A DNA stretch of 64,000 bases from Psilocybe cubensis (Eukaryota), in contig CM039000.1 of the NCBI GenBank assembly GCA_017499595.2, positions 3,720,001 through 3,784,000 on the forward strand. Direction: 5' to 3'. Shown here in pieces: positions 21,555-34,208 of this stretch (its first letter is position 1; every line of letters begins with the position of its first letter). Below the pieces are notes generated by a model. The model worked only from the letters and a program-made list of their open reading frames with translations, was not told the origin of the DNA and searched no databases. The position numbers were made by a program, and so were the translations under genes.

Positions 21555-23956
21555 TAGTGGCAGCTGACTTGTTGAATCATATCGCCGGCCAGAGCTTGAA
21601 GATAAGTCGGTATCTGGGCGTCCATTACTTGAGTTGTTGTCAGCAGCCCCACTATGTACAGTACTGATAGGGGTCTGCGGCGAGAATGCTCTTTGAGATA
21701 TCGATGCTTGTGGAGAATGGATGCCCTTGCGAACTGGGCTAAAAGAGTGTGGTGAAATATTGCCTTGGGAAGGTAGGGGCCTCAGAAAGGGATCGACCAA
21801 TCCACTTGGGCGGGGTGGACTCTGTGAAAGAGATGCAGGATTGAACTTCAACCATCATTTGAGGATCAAATCCAGGTTCGACTTTTTTTTCCTCTGTAGT
21901 CCGCCTGCGGCGCAGAACCCAATATAAAATGAGGAAAGCTAACGCCAGAAGCACAGCTATCCCTCCAATGACACCACCGACAATCGCACCGATAGGAGCA
22001 CTTTTCTTATGAGCAGAATTTTGGGTTAACGACTGTGTGTCATCTTCATGTCTGCAGATAGCTCATGTTAGACCTCGAATGTCATAGATACTGTGGATTC
22101 GCACGTATAAACAGCATAGTCAAAATTGATGTATGAATTAATGTGGACTTCTGAAGCTGATATGACCAGAGTGTGTTCGCTATTTGTCAGGTTCGTGAGG
22201 GAGAAGACGAGTTGGCCGTAGTTGAGGTCTTTTGTATTTGGATCGGGCTGGTGCGTAAAAAGCTGAGGCTGACCGCCATCCAGAGTAAAATTTGCCACCG
22301 TTTGGGTTATGATACCAGTTCCCATGTTGTTGGCAAGGATGAAAAAAACATAAATGGCTGTCCCTGTAATCAGTGTAAGTTGCAATAATACTACCTAAGA
22401 GCATAATCACTCACCATTGAACTGCATAGCGATAGAAGTCTCGCTCCAAGGGTCTCTGTATGTCGCTGCAGTGTAGGTGCTACTAAAACATTGGGTTGGG
22501 TCTCCAACGATGGCGCATCCACTACTTGTGAGGCAAGTCGCATCGTGCCATACACCCGACGCTGGGGTATAAGTGACCCTTTGCTTTGTCACAGAATCGC
22601 CAAACGTATCGTCAATTGTTCTGTTCACACCATCTGCGTCCACCCGCGGTACCCAGAAAAGGCTGAAAAAGAGAGCAAATCGAGCGAGTCTTGAGGGTTG
22701 AATACCGCAGGGGGACATGTTGGCGGCAAGGAAGAAGGCTATTGTTCTTGAAGCAATGATAAAGTGTAGTCATTGTGTACGTAAATTTACGAGACCAGTC
22801 GCACAGCCCGGTACGTCCTGTTAATCATGCTGTTTCCAGAATCAGAGGTGAAAAATGGTCGATCAATAAGCTTAAAGATGCATATTGTCCCTCCCAGGCC
22901 ACCTCCCTGTTTCAGGATTGGACTTCAAGTTCAACCAAGATACAGTCTTTAGGTCACGGTGATCAGACTTGAACTGGCCCGTAAGAACAAAGGAATGTAA
23001 GATCCCGATTCCGAAGCAACGTTTTCTAGTAGCCGGGCGTCAAACCGTAGATTAAGTGGGAAAAGCTGTCAATGATGCGTCAACGCTCAACGCTTCCGCG
23101 AAGGCCGAGATGTATCATAAATCGTACGTAGCTCTGAGTGACAATTTTGCCAAGACTCCCAAATCTTGGACGGGATGAACAACCATTTAGTAGACTCTCG
23201 AAGACACCCACTGAGCGCTTGAGCGCTAATGCTAGCAAAAGACTTCCCATGGGGCTAAAATTGGCGTTTGGCTCGATGCTGGATGTCGACCCGGTCATGA
23301 TGTGTAACAAAACTGGAACCTAAGATCAATTAAGTGACTGCCTCGTCACAATCAAGTCACAACGTGATTAGCACTGACAGAACTCTTCCGATCTTCGACT
23401 CTGACTATACATTGCCAACTTTCTGGACAAGTCGTCCTATAGTCATCTTAGTAATAACAGTAATAAACTCGTTTGCGTTTGGGTATATCGGAATTACAAT
23501 TTAGTACGTCTATTTTCTCTTATGCCATGACGTTTGGTTTTAGGAAGCACCTGGCGTGCAGTCTTTCAAAATAGGTCTCTAATCAGTCTTGTGAGGGTAC
23601 GTCCTCATTACTGAAATCTGGCTGGCCACTGGCCCTTGTGCCAAGTTTTGCTGATCGAGCTAACGAGCGTCCGATAGAGGCCCATTTCGATTCTACTCAA
23701 TTTCAAGAATGATGGGCCTCTGCCATTGGTGGCTCTGTTACCACCAAAACACGGTTTAACGAATAGGGGAAGAGTGCCATCCTCTGTTCAAGTTTATAAG
23801 CTCCTCGACTTGTCGATGAGTGTGACTCGATCCCTCATTCCCTCGATTACCTCACTGGATATATCTCAAATTTACCGACTCAGGTTTCTCGAAGTTTGCG
23901 TCGGTTCGCCTAACTCTCCGGTACTCGAAGTCATTTGAAATTGACAATTCCTCTCT

Positions 23957-25531
23957 ATGGAGAATCTCAACGAAGACATTTTATATTATATCTTCTCATT
24001 GAACGGACACGCAGATTCGTGCTATATCGACACCGGCAACCATGACATGTATACCAAGTTGAAGTATATAAGAGGACCAACCATTGAAGAGTCCGCGTTG
24101 ACAATCACACGCCATAGCTCACAGGTTTGCAGGGAATGGCGTTCCATCCTTCTAAGTGCACCTCAAATATGGGCTACCGCCATAGATTTACAGTGTCTCG
24201 ACCAACCTAGTGACCACTGGAGGAAAGAAGTACTCAGAAGGACAGGAGACTACTGCTTGTTCACGATTATCGGAGATTTGGTTGAAGAACAGCCTTCATG
24301 GAATTTTTTTCTTTCCCTATTGGAAAAACGTTGGACTCGGATACGTCGCTTGTTTGTACAGATCTGCGGAGGATTAAAGATGGAGTTTGAGGTATACAGC
24401 GCCCTCAAGAAAGCTTCACCCAATCTCGAGCTTTTAATCGTCGTCGACGCATGGCAGCGTGATACCAAACTTTCTGACTCTGCCGACATCCCGCTATTTG
24501 CCAATTATGCTCCTCGGCTTCTTGGGATTGAATGCCGATATCTGCGTTTTGACCCAACAGCCTGTTCCTGGGCTTCAAATCTGCGGCACATCTGGGATAT
24601 AAACATTGATCAATTCTCTCCTTCACGACTATTTGAGTGCTTGAAGCGGATACCTCACCTCGAAACTCTGGGACTGAGTTCCTTCTGGTATTCTAATGTT
24701 CATAACTCACTTGATTCCTTTGCTCGACTCAGCCCTGTCTACCTGCCCAGTTTGCGAAAGCTTAACATACAGGGCGATGTCATAAGCTTACTACCAATCT
24801 TACACTTCCTCGCACCCGGAGCAAATTGTTTATTAAAGATGAAATGCTTCTTCTCTGGAAACGCTGCTCAAGATGGTGTCCAAGCAGGGCAATCCGTTTC
24901 TGAAGCTCTCACAACTTTTTTCCGCCATTGCCCCCCGGTGAACTTGAACTCGCTGGTCTATCATCTATCAGGTGATTATATTCATATAGGCAATAACAAT
25001 TATTGGGTCATCGTCAACAAGAACAACGCTATATATTCAAGTGCTTGGGATGACTTGGTTTGCGGACTTTCGAGGGCGTTTGCTGGTTTTATTTCCCTTT
25101 CGCACACTGTCGATCTGACGTTGGATTTGTTCCACAAGCCAGAATGCAGAGCTTGCATTTTTAAACTTCTCAGCCAGTTCATATGGCTGAGATCTCTTAA
25201 AACTAGCTTGAAGACTATACAATATCTCAACGAATCACATGCCGTCAAAAGCTCGGGGTACCCTATCATATTCCCTTCCGGTTTAAATCGCCTTGATGTC
25301 TTCATAGACTATGCACATTGCGGCAACAGGATGTTGCACGAATTCGTCATTTTTCGCGATTTTTTAGGACTTCCTGTCAAAGAACTTCGCCTAGTATATC
25401 CCAACAAACGAAGGTTAAGAAAAGCGACTTCCACTTGGAAATCATTGGCACTTGACTTGAATTTCAAAGTCAAACTAGAAGATATTACTGAAATTTATAG
25501 GAATAGGAAGTCAAGCCGCATGGAATATTGA
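23957..25531 (+). CDS. F-box-like/LRR-like protein (agaricomycete expanded family), intronless
   Basis: 524-aa ORF with LNEDILYYIF...SSQVCREWRSILLSAPQIW and LxxLxL repeats. Paralog of 52707-54374. Confidence 0.8.
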   Translation: MENLNEDILYYIFSLNGHADSCYIDTGNHDMYTKLKYIRGPTIEESALTITRHSSQVCREWRSILLSAPQIWATAIDLQCLDQPSDHWRKEVLRRTGDYCLFTIIGDLVEEQPSWNFFLSLLEKRWTRIRRLFVQICGGLKMEFEVYSALKKASPNLELLIVVDAWQRDTKLSDSADIPLFANYAPRLLGIECRYLRFDPTACSWASNLRHIWDINIDQFSPSRLFECLKRIPHLETLGLSSFWYSNVHNSLDSFARLSPVYLPSLRKLNIQGDVISLLPILHFLAPGANCLLKMKCFFSGNAAQDGVQAGQSVSEALTTFFRHCPPVNLNSLVYHLSGDYIHIGNNNYWVIVNKNNAIYSSAWDDLVCGLSRAFAGFISLSHTVDLTLDLFHKPECRACIFKLLSQFIWLRSLKTSLKTIQYLNESHAVKSSGYPIIFPSGLNRLDVFIDYAHCGNRMLHEFVIFRDFLGLPVKELRLVYPNKRRLRKATSTWKSLALDLNFKVKLEDITEIYRNRKSSRMEY

Positions 25532-26026
25532 TCATGAGTAGTTATTATTATTACGGTATCTGTTCAAGTTGATATACACTTAATTGGAATATAGTATTGT
25601 ATCTGCACCTTACAATTGTGAATCCAGTCAACAAAGTGAGTATAACGATGGGATAAAAAGCTGCAACTGAGGCCGAGGTGTTGTATCAATCAATTAAACT
25701 TATATGAGCTGGGCCCGCCCTGTGGTAGATAGTCTCGCATATCGGATTTCAACATCATATGAGGACCTGTCAGAGGTCTGATGATGTACCTCCGTCACCC
25801 ATGGTAAAGGACGTGCAAATTTCATCAAAAAATGTGCCTGCGCCATTTTACATCTCCGTCCGCCAAAATGAACTCTGAGGCTCTGCCGCGAACGTCGTTA
25901 TAAAATTTCAAAAGGTTTTGTGAATAAAAAAAGATCGCCTTCATAATTAAGGAGCGTATAATGGTACAATACGTATTGGTGTAACGATGTTATCCAAACA
26001 AGGAAGGAAAAAGAGTCGGGCGCCAA

Positions 26027-27659
26027 TCATGTTGATGCAGGGGTATAACCTGGGGGTGGGTCGTCCGACAAGCCCTGTGCCCACGCTGATCGTTGCTGCT
26101 CCCTCAGATACTCAACCTGATCCCTCAGGAACCGCAATTGATCCTTCATCTCCGCCACACTCATCTCCTCTTCAACCTCAACCACCCCTGCGCCAGGCTC
26201 GGCGCCCTGTGACTGCTGCCCAAGTGTCCGCCGTCTCCTCACAGACCTATGGCGACCAGACTTCTCCCCAGACATGTCAGATGCTAAAAACGCCATTTCC
26301 TCTTGCACAGTGCGCAGACGAGCGTCCAATTCGTTCTGACGTGCGCGCCGTATGTCTTCAATGTTCCCGCTGTCGCGCACAGAGGTTGTGGCTGTGACAG
26401 CGCCTGGGTGCGGTGTGGTCGGCGATGCGGGTAGGTCGGGGGCGGTAACAAAGTGCAACATCCGGCGGCTGTTGTCGCTTCCCGAGGCGTATTGTTGTCC
26501 AGATCGTGACGGAGCAGCGTCGCTACTGCTCTTGCTACCAGCAATACTGACGTATGCGTCGTAGGGAGAGTCAGATTGTGACGAAGACGAAAGTGGGTGC
26601 GTGTAAGCGACGGAGGGTGCTGTTGTCGATGGGCCAAGTTCGCTCCTACTTCGAGAGTTGTATGAATCCAAAAACGGCTGCACAAAGCCAGGTGATCGAT
26701 GTTGGATACCAACGGGAGACCCGAGTTCTTCCATTAACGGAGGTGTGTATCCATCAGCCTCTAATCGACTGGCCTGCTGCCCTCGCCTTTTCCTACGAAT
26801 CCAGCAGAAGATGACAGTAGCAAGAATGGCTAATACTGCCAGGCCGCCTGCAACACCCCCCGCAATGACACCCGTCGACGTGCCTGTTTTTTCCGCAGAG
26901 GGTGAATTGTCGGATGGATTTTGTAATGGAGTTGGTGATGCTGTCGCTCCCTTTGTCTGTGATGACGATGAGGATGTGGAAGAGGATGTGGAAGAGGATG
27001 TGGAAGAGCTGCCAGGGGGTGGAAGTGGAAGTAAGGGAGCATCGTCATCGTGTCTGGTTACCAGACGCTTTAGCTACCTCAGATACTCGCTGCTGGATTA
27101 AAACTCACGTATAAATAGCATAGTCAAAATTGACGTAAACGTTGGTGTTCACACCCGAGGTTGATATTACCAGCGTGTGCTCTGCATTGATGAGGTTTGT
27201 CTGCGAGAAGACTAGTTGATTAAAATCAAAGCTTGTTGTCGTTAGGTCGGGAGCATGTTGGAACAACTGTGGCGAATTTCCGTCCAGCGTGAAGTTAGCC
27301 ATGGTCAAAGTGGTGATGCCATCTCCTTGGTTGTTCGCCAGCACGAAGAAGACATAGATGGCTGTTCCGTTGAACTTCATTGTGATGGATATGCTGCCGA
27401 GAGACGGCGCATATGTTGCTGCAGTATAAGTCCTTTTGAAAGTCTGTGATACATCGGGATTGATCGCACAGTCAAGACATGTTTCGTCCTTCCAGACGCC
27501 TACAGTAGTCGGTCGATAGGATGCAAGCAGGCCTGTCTGTGAATCGCCAAAAGTATCGTCAATAGTGCGGTTAACGATTCCAGCAACGACCAATAATGGA
27601 CCAAAACCAAGCAGCAAAAGCACGAAGAGAGCACCAGGCCCAATTCGGAGCATGGCCAT
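26027..27659 (-). CDS. Type I single-pass receptor-like protein (signal peptide, 'IDDT' ectodomain, Ser/Thr linker, TM, coiled-coil, PPGY tail)
   Basis: Exon 1 is ORF 27105-27659, followed by an intron at ~27055-27108. Exon 2 contains TM GVIAGGVAGGLAVLAILATVIFCW-IRRKRR and ends WAQGLSDDPPPGYTPAST. Confidence 0.85.
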
Positions 27660-28139
27660 GGTGAGAAGACGGTGATGGTCAGGAGAAACCCATGAACTGA
27701 GGCTACTCGGTCGGAATCAGGCTGTACATAATCGCTTGTAACATTGCCCCCTAGTTACGGCAATCAGAGAATGGATTTCCGCTCCATTCACAATCCATTA
27801 TTCACAACAGTAAGTATGATGGGAGATTTAGGTCCAGTCATGAATCATCTGGGGGCTTTTAACACTTGAGCAGCAGCACCAGACTACATCATAGGGCTAG
27901 CTGCGAGCCTGGGGAAACCAAAGGTTACAACACAAATACAACCTAATTGCTCATGGTTAAGAGAGCGGTAGAATATTTAATTCGACAGTAAGCTCACCGT
28001 ATTCTAGTTAAAACCAGAAAAATTCAACTCTTTCTACTTAGGAAAACTCGAGACTATTGGGTCGCTTGATAGGTGAGCTCAGGGCCTCAGGCTCTGCTGG
28101 CGTCCGTGTCGCAGTCGGTCGTCAGTCACGTGATTTCAA

Positions 28140-28168
28140 ACGCGTGTTGTTGGTCATTGTTGACGCGT
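28140..28168. promoter_or_regulatory. Two ACGCGT (MCB-like) boxes upstream of the NEDD1-like gene
   Basis: ACGCGT at 28140-28145 and 28163-28168, 55-85 bp before the ATG at 28224. Confidence 0.4.
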
Positions 28169-28223
28169 TTTAGTTGAAACCTCCTCGCCCAAAAGTTTAA
28201 ACATATCCACAACATATCTATTC

Positions 28224-30711
28224 ATGTTCGCTGCTACTACAACGGATGCTCTATGTCTATCAGATCCCGTAGCTCTCAAAAAATGTCCTTCTTCGATTCC
28301 ATCATGTTTGGACCTCCTACAAGCGCCCACATCAAGTTCATGGTCACCAGATAACACTTTTCTCTACATCTCCTCCTCCCACATTGTACACAGATATGAA
28401 CCAACATCAAACTCCCTGAAGGATGTATACAGCCATCCGAAAGCGATATCCAATCTCGTGGTCAAAGATAAAGATATTGTTATTTTTTCTTCCGAAGATA
28501 AAATTCATATTCTCGAATGCGAACCCAAACCATATATTGTGCAAACTTTCGACTCGCACAAGGAATCGATAACGTCGTTATCACTCTCAAATGACAACAC
28601 CTTGCTCTCATCTACTTCGGAAGGGGCCCTACACGTCTATAACCTTACACTTGGCTCGCACACGATAATGCGAGGACTTCCCTCTCAAGACATCACCACC
28701 GCACTTTTTCATCCACATACCAGGAACAAGCTCCTCGTGGCATCTGGGAAACAGTTAATGGTTTATGAAACAACAAGGCCATCTGGGCCGGTGAAGACAA
28801 TCGTGACGAATGAATCGACTTCGGGCGATATTACGTGCGTGGCTTGCAGCCCTTTCAGCAAAACATTGGTTGCTATCGCTACCCCGGCTGGCTTTGTTGG
28901 GCTCATCGACCTGGAAAAAGAGAAAGCGTAAGAAAGAAAGCATTACAAAGGGGATTATCTCATTTTTCAAATTAGACTCTTTCGAACACTTAATCTCAAA
29001 ACCCCTATAACGGCACTCGGGTTTTCTCCTGAAGGTGCAGCAATCTACTTAGGAACAAGTACCGGTAAACTCCAGATCCTCGACTTGCGATCACTCGATA
29101 AGCCTACGAAGAGCATTATCTTGAGCAACGTTGGTAGTCGCATCGAGACCATAAGCGTGCAGGTACCGATCTTTCAAAGTCATAGAGGCGTTGAACTGAG
29201 AACAAAGTCGCATCTAGAAAAAAGCAAAGACAGCAGAAGCATCCGTAAAGACACCAGCTGGTATGACTTCAAGGAAGGCTTCTGAAGTTCAAACTGTCCC
29301 GAGGCGTGCCACTTCTACGCAATCGTCTAAGCCAGGGTCCAAAACCGTATCTTCACCAGCGCGTGCTCGGCCGGGAGCAACTTCTACACTCAAAGAGGGA
29401 GGCTCTGTCACAACACCGAAGCGACCTACAGCTTCGAAAGTGTTATCCCCCATTCGAGATCCTTTGGGGAACAGTGCTAGCGGAGCAGGAGGAACAATAG
29501 CAAGTTGTACATCTTTCACTGTTGCTGAGAAAAGTACTAATTTTTGATCAGGCCAACTTGATGACCTTTCTGCTCATAGGAGAGACAAAACTGTTACCAC
29601 ACCAAGAAGACCGTCGTCGAAATCATCACCTACTAAAGCTCGTTCCGGCATTGGCGAACGCAAGTTGTCAATGAAATCCGACATCACAGAGAATCCAAGG
29701 AGAGCGCGGACCCTCCCTTCCTCGACCTCGACTTCTGCGCTAACTCATCGTAAACCATCTTCAAGTAGCATCACGGCGTCAGCCTCAGCAAGCGACCGTC
29801 TTGGAACTTACCCTACAGCGGGAAGAAGTCCCACGCAAAGGGCGCGCGCTATATCTTCAGCCTCTCGAGCTCCGGATCCCTCTGACACCATCTCTGGCAT
29901 CTCGCCAAAATCTGCAACCGCCACGTCGACTACGACAGGGACAATAACAACATCATCTCGTCCTTCCTCTGCATCGTCTCTTACTAGCAGATTTACGCGC
30001 GAGGGCACAGGATCCCCCACGAAGTCAAGCAAGCCCAACGCCTATCTGCGCTCAGAACCGAGCAGGACACCGTCGCCTGACCTGCCGGACATCCACCTCG
30101 AACCTGTCACCCCCGTACCTGCACACAAGCAAAAGAAGAAAAATTTGGGGGTTCTTGGGCTGGGGACTCCTGAAGTTGATCGGTGGATTCAAGCTGGGAA
30201 GGTGGAAAAGAGAGGAAATACGAGGGACACAAGAGGGAAAGGAAAGGTCGTCGGGTTCCAAGACGAGGAAGAGGAGGATGTGGAAAAACCAAACGGCTTG
30301 AATGAAGACGACGCCATGATCAAGGAGCGAGAGCGAACACTGTCAATGCAGATCTCGCCACGTCGCCCACTTCCAGGCGGTTCTGGCGGTGGCTCAAACG
30401 CCGCAGACTCATGGTCAGCGAGTACTTCAGTTCCTAACCCTCTTAATGCTGCAGGTACAGGAGCTAGTGGATCTGGCTCGTCAGCGGCGCAGGAGTTGCT
30501 CAAGACGATCGTCCAAGATGTCATGTACGATTTTCGGCAAGAAACCAAGGCGGAGATGATGGGTCTGCATTTAGACTTGTTGAGGATGGGCAGGGGTTGG
30601 AAAAATGAGCTACGAATGCTCATGGACGAGTATGTGGGTGATTTGAGAGAGCTGAGGGAAGAGAATCAGCGGTTAAGGCTTGAAAACGAGAGATTGAGGA
30701 GGGGCTATTAA
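28224..30711 (+). CDS. NEDD1: WD40-repeat protein, NEDD1/GCP-WD-like gamma-tubulin ring complex targeting factor, multi-exon
   Basis: N-terminal WD40 repeats, a Ser/Thr-rich linker, and C-terminal helices IVQDVMYDFRQETKAEMMGLHLDLLR...LREENQRLRLENERLRRGY resembling the NEDD1 gamma-tubulin-binding tail. Confidence 0.75.
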
Positions 30712-31259
30712 TTGTATGTCTTGCTTTCTGTGTTTTTGTAATCGTGTGCTTTGATTATTTATCCATGTTGTATTTTTGTTACGGTTTTCACCGTGTTCCA
30801 TATGATTGTGGTGTGCTAGTGAATACATTTTCCTGGAAGCGGTTTGTAAATCCTTCATCGCAGGATCAGGAATGACTGTCGAATGCGTCGAACGCTGGTG
30901 GGATTCGTAGTAACGGCGCTATGATTTAGTGTGGGTCCCCTTAAAGTACTTGACCTACGACTCGGAAAAATGCCAGATGAAAGCAGGGAAAGGAAGAGAA
31001 AGATCGTAGTGATGGAGTACGGAGTCTCCAGGTTCTTTTTCCTCCGAGGTCTTTCTCAAGAGTAAATTTCCTTTTTTGGCTATTAGGGTCGGACTTCAGA
31101 CTTCTTCACGATTTTGCATAATCATCCTCCGTTAATTCGTCAGTCTCAAAGTTCCCATCTTTGTAACTGCAATTTGTCTGTCTTACATGACCTGCGGATG
31201 TTGACCACTGCCGACGAGATGGCTTAGTACTACTAATAGTACTACATGTTGTGCTCTTG

Positions 31260-33219
31260 CTAAAACTTCCAGCCCCCTGCAAGCCCCATAACATCGTGAG
31301 GGTCCACTCTATTTTTCAGTGCACGGAGAGCTGGGACATTCCGTCCGTATATCTTTTCTATCGGAGTTCCAGCCAATCCATAGTTAGGATAGATAGGGGC
31401 GTTGACGACCTGAATCTGCCCCTCAGCAATTGCGGCTTGCTGAATATGTGCCGCGCTAGCAATAGCAGCTGCATGCATATCCGCATCAAAATCCGACGAG
31501 TTCCATGCATATGCCATCTCAAACGGCTGGGAGAATAGTTTGCGTGAAGGAGGGTATGCTGTCGGGTCAGGATTGTGAGAATAGATGGACGGTTGGAACA
31601 TTTCCATCGAGTAAGATATGGTGATTGCACTTTTGCTGGCTAATACTGGTCCCCAGAACTGAGATAATGTCAGATAAATGGCATTCATGTCTTAAACGAT
31701 GGACACTGTACCTTGGTTTCATTGACGAGCACATGCGAAAGATTAGCGGTCAGATTTAGGACGGGGAACCCGTTAAAGAAGGTCCTGAAAGTTTTGGTTC
31801 AGAAACCTTAATTATTGGCAGTATGGATTATTTTATAACCCACCGAACACCGCCAGACGCATCGGTCGGGCTTGCCTGTATGAGAGATAAAAAGCTTCGT
31901 GTAGAAATATCGCTTTCAAAAACTGGAGGGCGCAGGAAAGCGTCGAACATCCCCGGAGGTGGTGTAGGTCCGTTATAGAAGAGAAGTTGTGATACAGCAA
32001 TCTAAAACAGCTGAATAATTTCCAATCTACATACTATTTCATTCTTACCTGTTGCAGGCTAGGTAGGTAATTCCAAGCCATAACAATTGAAGCTTTTGGA
32101 TCTGTGACAGTCGCCTGGAAGTTCACGATGGCTGCCTCAAGGTCGGGTACAGAAGCCTCCAAGTTGGCCACAAACCCTCCCTATAACATAACAAATTGAA
32201 AACTACGTTCTTAACATTTGAATTGATCACGACTCACCCAAACCTGCCCTTGCGGAAACGTCTTTAATGTAAATTTGGTCACTATTCCCTGTTGCGTATG
32301 AGCATCAGAGACGGGGTAGTGGTTAGATTAAATAATTCACTGACAAAGTTATTCATTCCACCCTTTAATCCGAAGAAAAGTTTGGGATCTGATGCCTTGG
32401 TAACAATAGCAACTCTTCCATCTGGCTTAACAAGTTCAAACGCGATGATATTATCAATCGCCAGCCCATGCTCATTTGATTGCCAGGAATAGCCTTTTTT
32501 ACAAATCAATAGGTGCCTAGTCCGTGTGTAGAGTTTGCTCACCTCCTCCTAACAGGAATCCACCAATACCAATACCCGTCACTCTGGCACCTAATGCGGA
32601 GACCCCAAACGGCTCAAGAGCGGCGTAGACATCATCCCATACAAGCCCAGGTCCGACGTCCACCGTGGCTGATGTAGCATTGTATGTAATCCCTTTAAAC
32701 CGGGTGAGAGAGATATGAACACCAGTCGTCGACGAAAACCCTTTGTTAGTAGCATGACCACCGCTCTTGATCTAAAGAAGGTTTATTTATGCAGTGCGTA
32801 ACTTATAGCATAACGGCGATATGTTTCGTACCGCAAATGGGGTCCTCGTCTTTCCTAAAATTACGAGCTTGCAATAATGGATTCATTATTCCAATCCATA
32901 GAAACAAAAAACGATGAAATGCTCTCACTATTTTGCCAACATCTGTAGGATTGGTAGGCTCAACAACGCATTTTGAAAGCTGCGTGCTAGATGTTGCCCA
33001 GTGAGCAATTCCAGAGTCATATTCCGGGTCTCCTACACCAAAAAAATGAATGAAAATGATGGCCGAGAAAGGTGGAGTCATACCGGGATAAAACACGGAG
33101 TCTGTGGTAGAAAGTGATTGTGCAATGGTCTTGCATACCCTATCTAGAGTTTGTGATGAAGTACTTCCCGCAGCTCCGAGTCGAAAAAGTAGGAGCAAGT
33201 TGAAGGCTAGGAGTTTCAT
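31260..33219 (-). CDS. Secreted FAD-binding oxidoreductase (VAO/PCMH, BBE-like), multi-exon
   Basis: Signal peptide MKLLAFNLLLLFRLGAA. Motifs CVVEPTNPTDV, KSGGHATNKGFSSTTGVHISL, GIGIGGFLLGG, GLAIDNIIAFELV, LFFGLKGGMNNF and C-terminal YPNY...YGRNVPALRALKNRVDP. Confidence 0.9.
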
Positions 33220-34208
33220 GATCGAATGAGATTAGAGCATAACAAGCTTCTCCCTTTATAAAACAGCAACCAGGGTGGCTACACCTCCATCCACAAAGAT
33301 TGAGAGTCCGCATGGCTTCAGAATGTCAAACTTGGGAAGACATTTTGATGCTTATTGAATTCTGCGTGTCCCTAAGGAAATAGCCACCGCGAAACCGAGA
33401 TTCACAATATACAGGATATAAATAGGTGATGAAGGTTCCATGTCGTTGAAAGCAATCTTGGCGATGAAGCGATCGACAGTTCACGGTAAACGTATAGCCT
33501 AAGAAAGTTCTGGCCATGGGAGCTGACGTTTCACGACTCCAGATTGATCCTGAGAGCTTCACAGTGAGATAGGCGAGCCTAAAAACCTGAAAATCCGTGA
33601 GTATAAGGCGGACAATGCAAAATTCCACAAACGGTGCAAAACAGTGACGCTGCCTGTGGTGGTTTAGTCCAAGGCGGGACTCCACGGTCAGTTATGTGTC
33701 TCGGGAGTCGAAGATACATATCAAACGCCGTTGCAAGCTGGTATGGGCATTTGAGCTGTACAGTCAAAGCCAAGCACGGGGTGTGACAAGTCGGCCGGTT
33801 ATCTTCCGGAGTAAAGTTCGATCTCCGTCACCCGATCGGTAGATTTGAGGCCCAAAACAATGCGGATTTGAGGGCAAAAATCGGGCAAAAAAGCAATTAC
33901 CTATATTGTGACTAATTACCAGCTCTTTGTGGGACACTCAGAGTGCCATTTTAAACAGCGGGCCTCTTCGACTGATGAATCTGATATGACACCGTTACAG
34001 TGACAAAGATATCTGTTCCGTTCAGTGATTCTACTCCGAAGTACGCCATATAGAATTGCGATCCTGTATAGTGCAGTGGACGATAAATAGGTAGTTCAAA
34101 AGACCGCTTATGACAGGGGCGTGTGATGGCGTGCGAATTTGTCTGATCAACACCCGATAGAGACTCACAGTGGCAAATCTTTAACAGTGCCTGTTACGAT
34201 TACCACCC

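Larger units (their letters stand above)
14330..22718 (-). pseudogene. Single-pass receptor-like gene (signal peptide, 'IDDT' beta-rich ectodomain, TM, coiled-coil, PPGY tail) disrupted by a MITE and a Copia element
   Basis: Exons at 22718-22414, ~22364-22107 and from ~22052. Removing the MITE plus one TA and the Copia plus one AATGT restores ...STSQLPLVSVTPGD...QFEMATLAADISNN...WAQGLSDDPPPGY, which is colinear with the paralog at 26027-27659. Confidence 0.88.

Noticed and set aside
20751-21851. ORFs 20751-20975 and 21285-21851 as independent genes
   Set aside because: They are fragments of the disrupted receptor-like gene reading into LTR or MITE sequence.
26970-27005. Three copies of GAGGATGTGGAA
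   Set aside because: Encodes the Ser/Thr linker (SSTS repeats) of the minus-strand membrane protein.
30890-30915. GGTGGGATTCG resembling a reverse-strand tRNA T-arm
   Set aside because: Lacks the full GTTCGA context and no cloverleaf can be built.
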